Part shown: in pieces, positions 63,511 through 64,000 of the stretch
Layout: the number at the start of each line of letters is the position of its first letter
Numbering within the stretch: position 1 is the first letter of the stretch
Assembly (NCBI GenBank): GCA_035499435.1
Contig: DATJYW010000041.1
Coordinates: 4,175-68,174, forward strand
DNA length: 64,000 nucleotides
Reading direction: 5' to 3'
Origin: Candidatus Acidiferrales bacterium
GTDB taxonomy: Bacteria; Acidobacteriota; Terriglobia; Bryobacterales; Bryobacteraceae
Translations under genes and position numbers: made by a program
The notes under the pieces: generated by a model
Seen by the model: only the letters and a program-made list of their open reading frames with translations
What the model was told of the DNA's origin: nothing
Database searches by the model: none

Positions 63511-64000
63511 CTAGGCGGTGGGACAGGCTGAAACCTGTCCTACCAGGGCCTGGGCGCGCTGCTTGACGCCGCGCAGGTCGAGCTTGCCTGTCCCGAGCTG
63601 GGGAAGGGCTTCTACTTGGAAGATACTCTCGCGCTTGGGAACCCACAAGCGCGGCAACTGGCTCGCGTTCAGCCTCTGCCAGAGCTCCCCGGGCGCCAGC
63701 GACGGATGAACGTACAGCGCCACCAGGCGTTCGCCGCGCTGCTCGTCGGGGATGCCCGCTACGGCACACTGGCCTTCGCCCAGGACGTCGAGAATGGCCT
63801 CCTCCACCTTCAGGTGCGGCACCATTTCGCCGGCCACTTTGCTGAAGCGCGAGAGACGATCGGTGATCTTCACGAAGCCTTCGTCGTCCACCAGGGCGAT
63901 GTCGCCGGTGATGTACCAGTCTTCGTGCAGGACTTCAGCGGTGCGCTGCGGGTGTTTCAGATATCCGAGCATGCGGTTGGCGCCCTTCACCAGCAGGAGG
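63511..64000 (-). CDS. AMP-dependent acyl-ACP synthetase/ligase C-terminal part (Aas-like); 5' end outside window
   Basis: DWYITGDIALVDDEGFVKITDRLSRFSKVAGEMVP...LPRLWVPKRESIFQVEALPQLGTGKLDLR is the C-terminal subdomain of adenylate-forming enzymes. The reading frame is open to the window edge. Confidence 0.75.
   Translation of the reverse strand, partial: LLLVKGANRMLGYLKHPQRTAEVLHEDWYITGDIALVDDEGFVKITDRLSRFSKVAGEMVPHLKVEEAILDVLGEGQCAVAGIPDEQRGERLVALYVHPSLAPGELWQRLNASQLPRLWVPKRESIFQVEALPQLGTGKLDLRGVKQRAQALVGQVSACPTA

Noticed and set aside
1-64000. Mobile element, prophage or defence island spanning part of the window
   Set aside because: No integrase, transposase, reverse transcriptase, phage structural gene, restriction/modification gene or known defence ATPase/nuclease was recognisable. 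The only accessory-type modules are MazEF and the small nucleotidyltransferase locus.

Overview
High-GC chromosomal segment, probably from an Acidobacteriota genome of the Solibacter/Bryobacter type. That origin is inferred from TIGR03437-type C-terminal domains, a DUF1549/DUF1553 + DUF1501 pair, many signal-peptide beta-propeller proteins, and the LDxACxGD-type N-terminus of the Ser/Thr kinase. I support about 51 protein-coding genes. I found no rRNA, tRNA, CRISPR array, transposase, integrase or reverse transcriptase. Many long ORFs in the track are antisense or out-of-frame shadows typical of high-GC DNA and are rejected. Main content: a MazEF module, several secreted peptidases (two tricorn paralogs, M13, M14, S15, tannase-type esterase), fumC, a 2-oxoacid:ferredoxin oxidoreductase operon with a fused beta-gamma subunit, Pal, a NarL-type two-component pair, an ECF sigma/anti-sigma pair and a Ser/Thr kinase. 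I see no clear defence island or mobile element, and most of the window is ordinary housekeeping or secretome DNA. The candidates most worth a second look are listed here. (1) A compact lodA/lodB-like operon, a predicted cysteine-tryptophylquinone amino-acid oxidase plus its flavoprotein maturase. (2) A tightly coupled DUF192 - TadD-like TPR lipoprotein - Flp pilin - GT-C-like membrane protein cassette with no Tad machinery nearby. (3) A REC-Hpt-pseudoREC-REC phosphorelay protein divergent from an aromatic amino-acid decarboxylase. Next to it lies an AT-richer islet encoding two secreted orphans and an ECF sigma/anti-sigma pair. (4) An overlapping gene string: tricorn, CPBP protease, BamE-like protein, Ig-like lipoprotein and a kinase with a TolB-like propeller. 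All functional calls come from motif recognition by eye. None has been confirmed by a database search.
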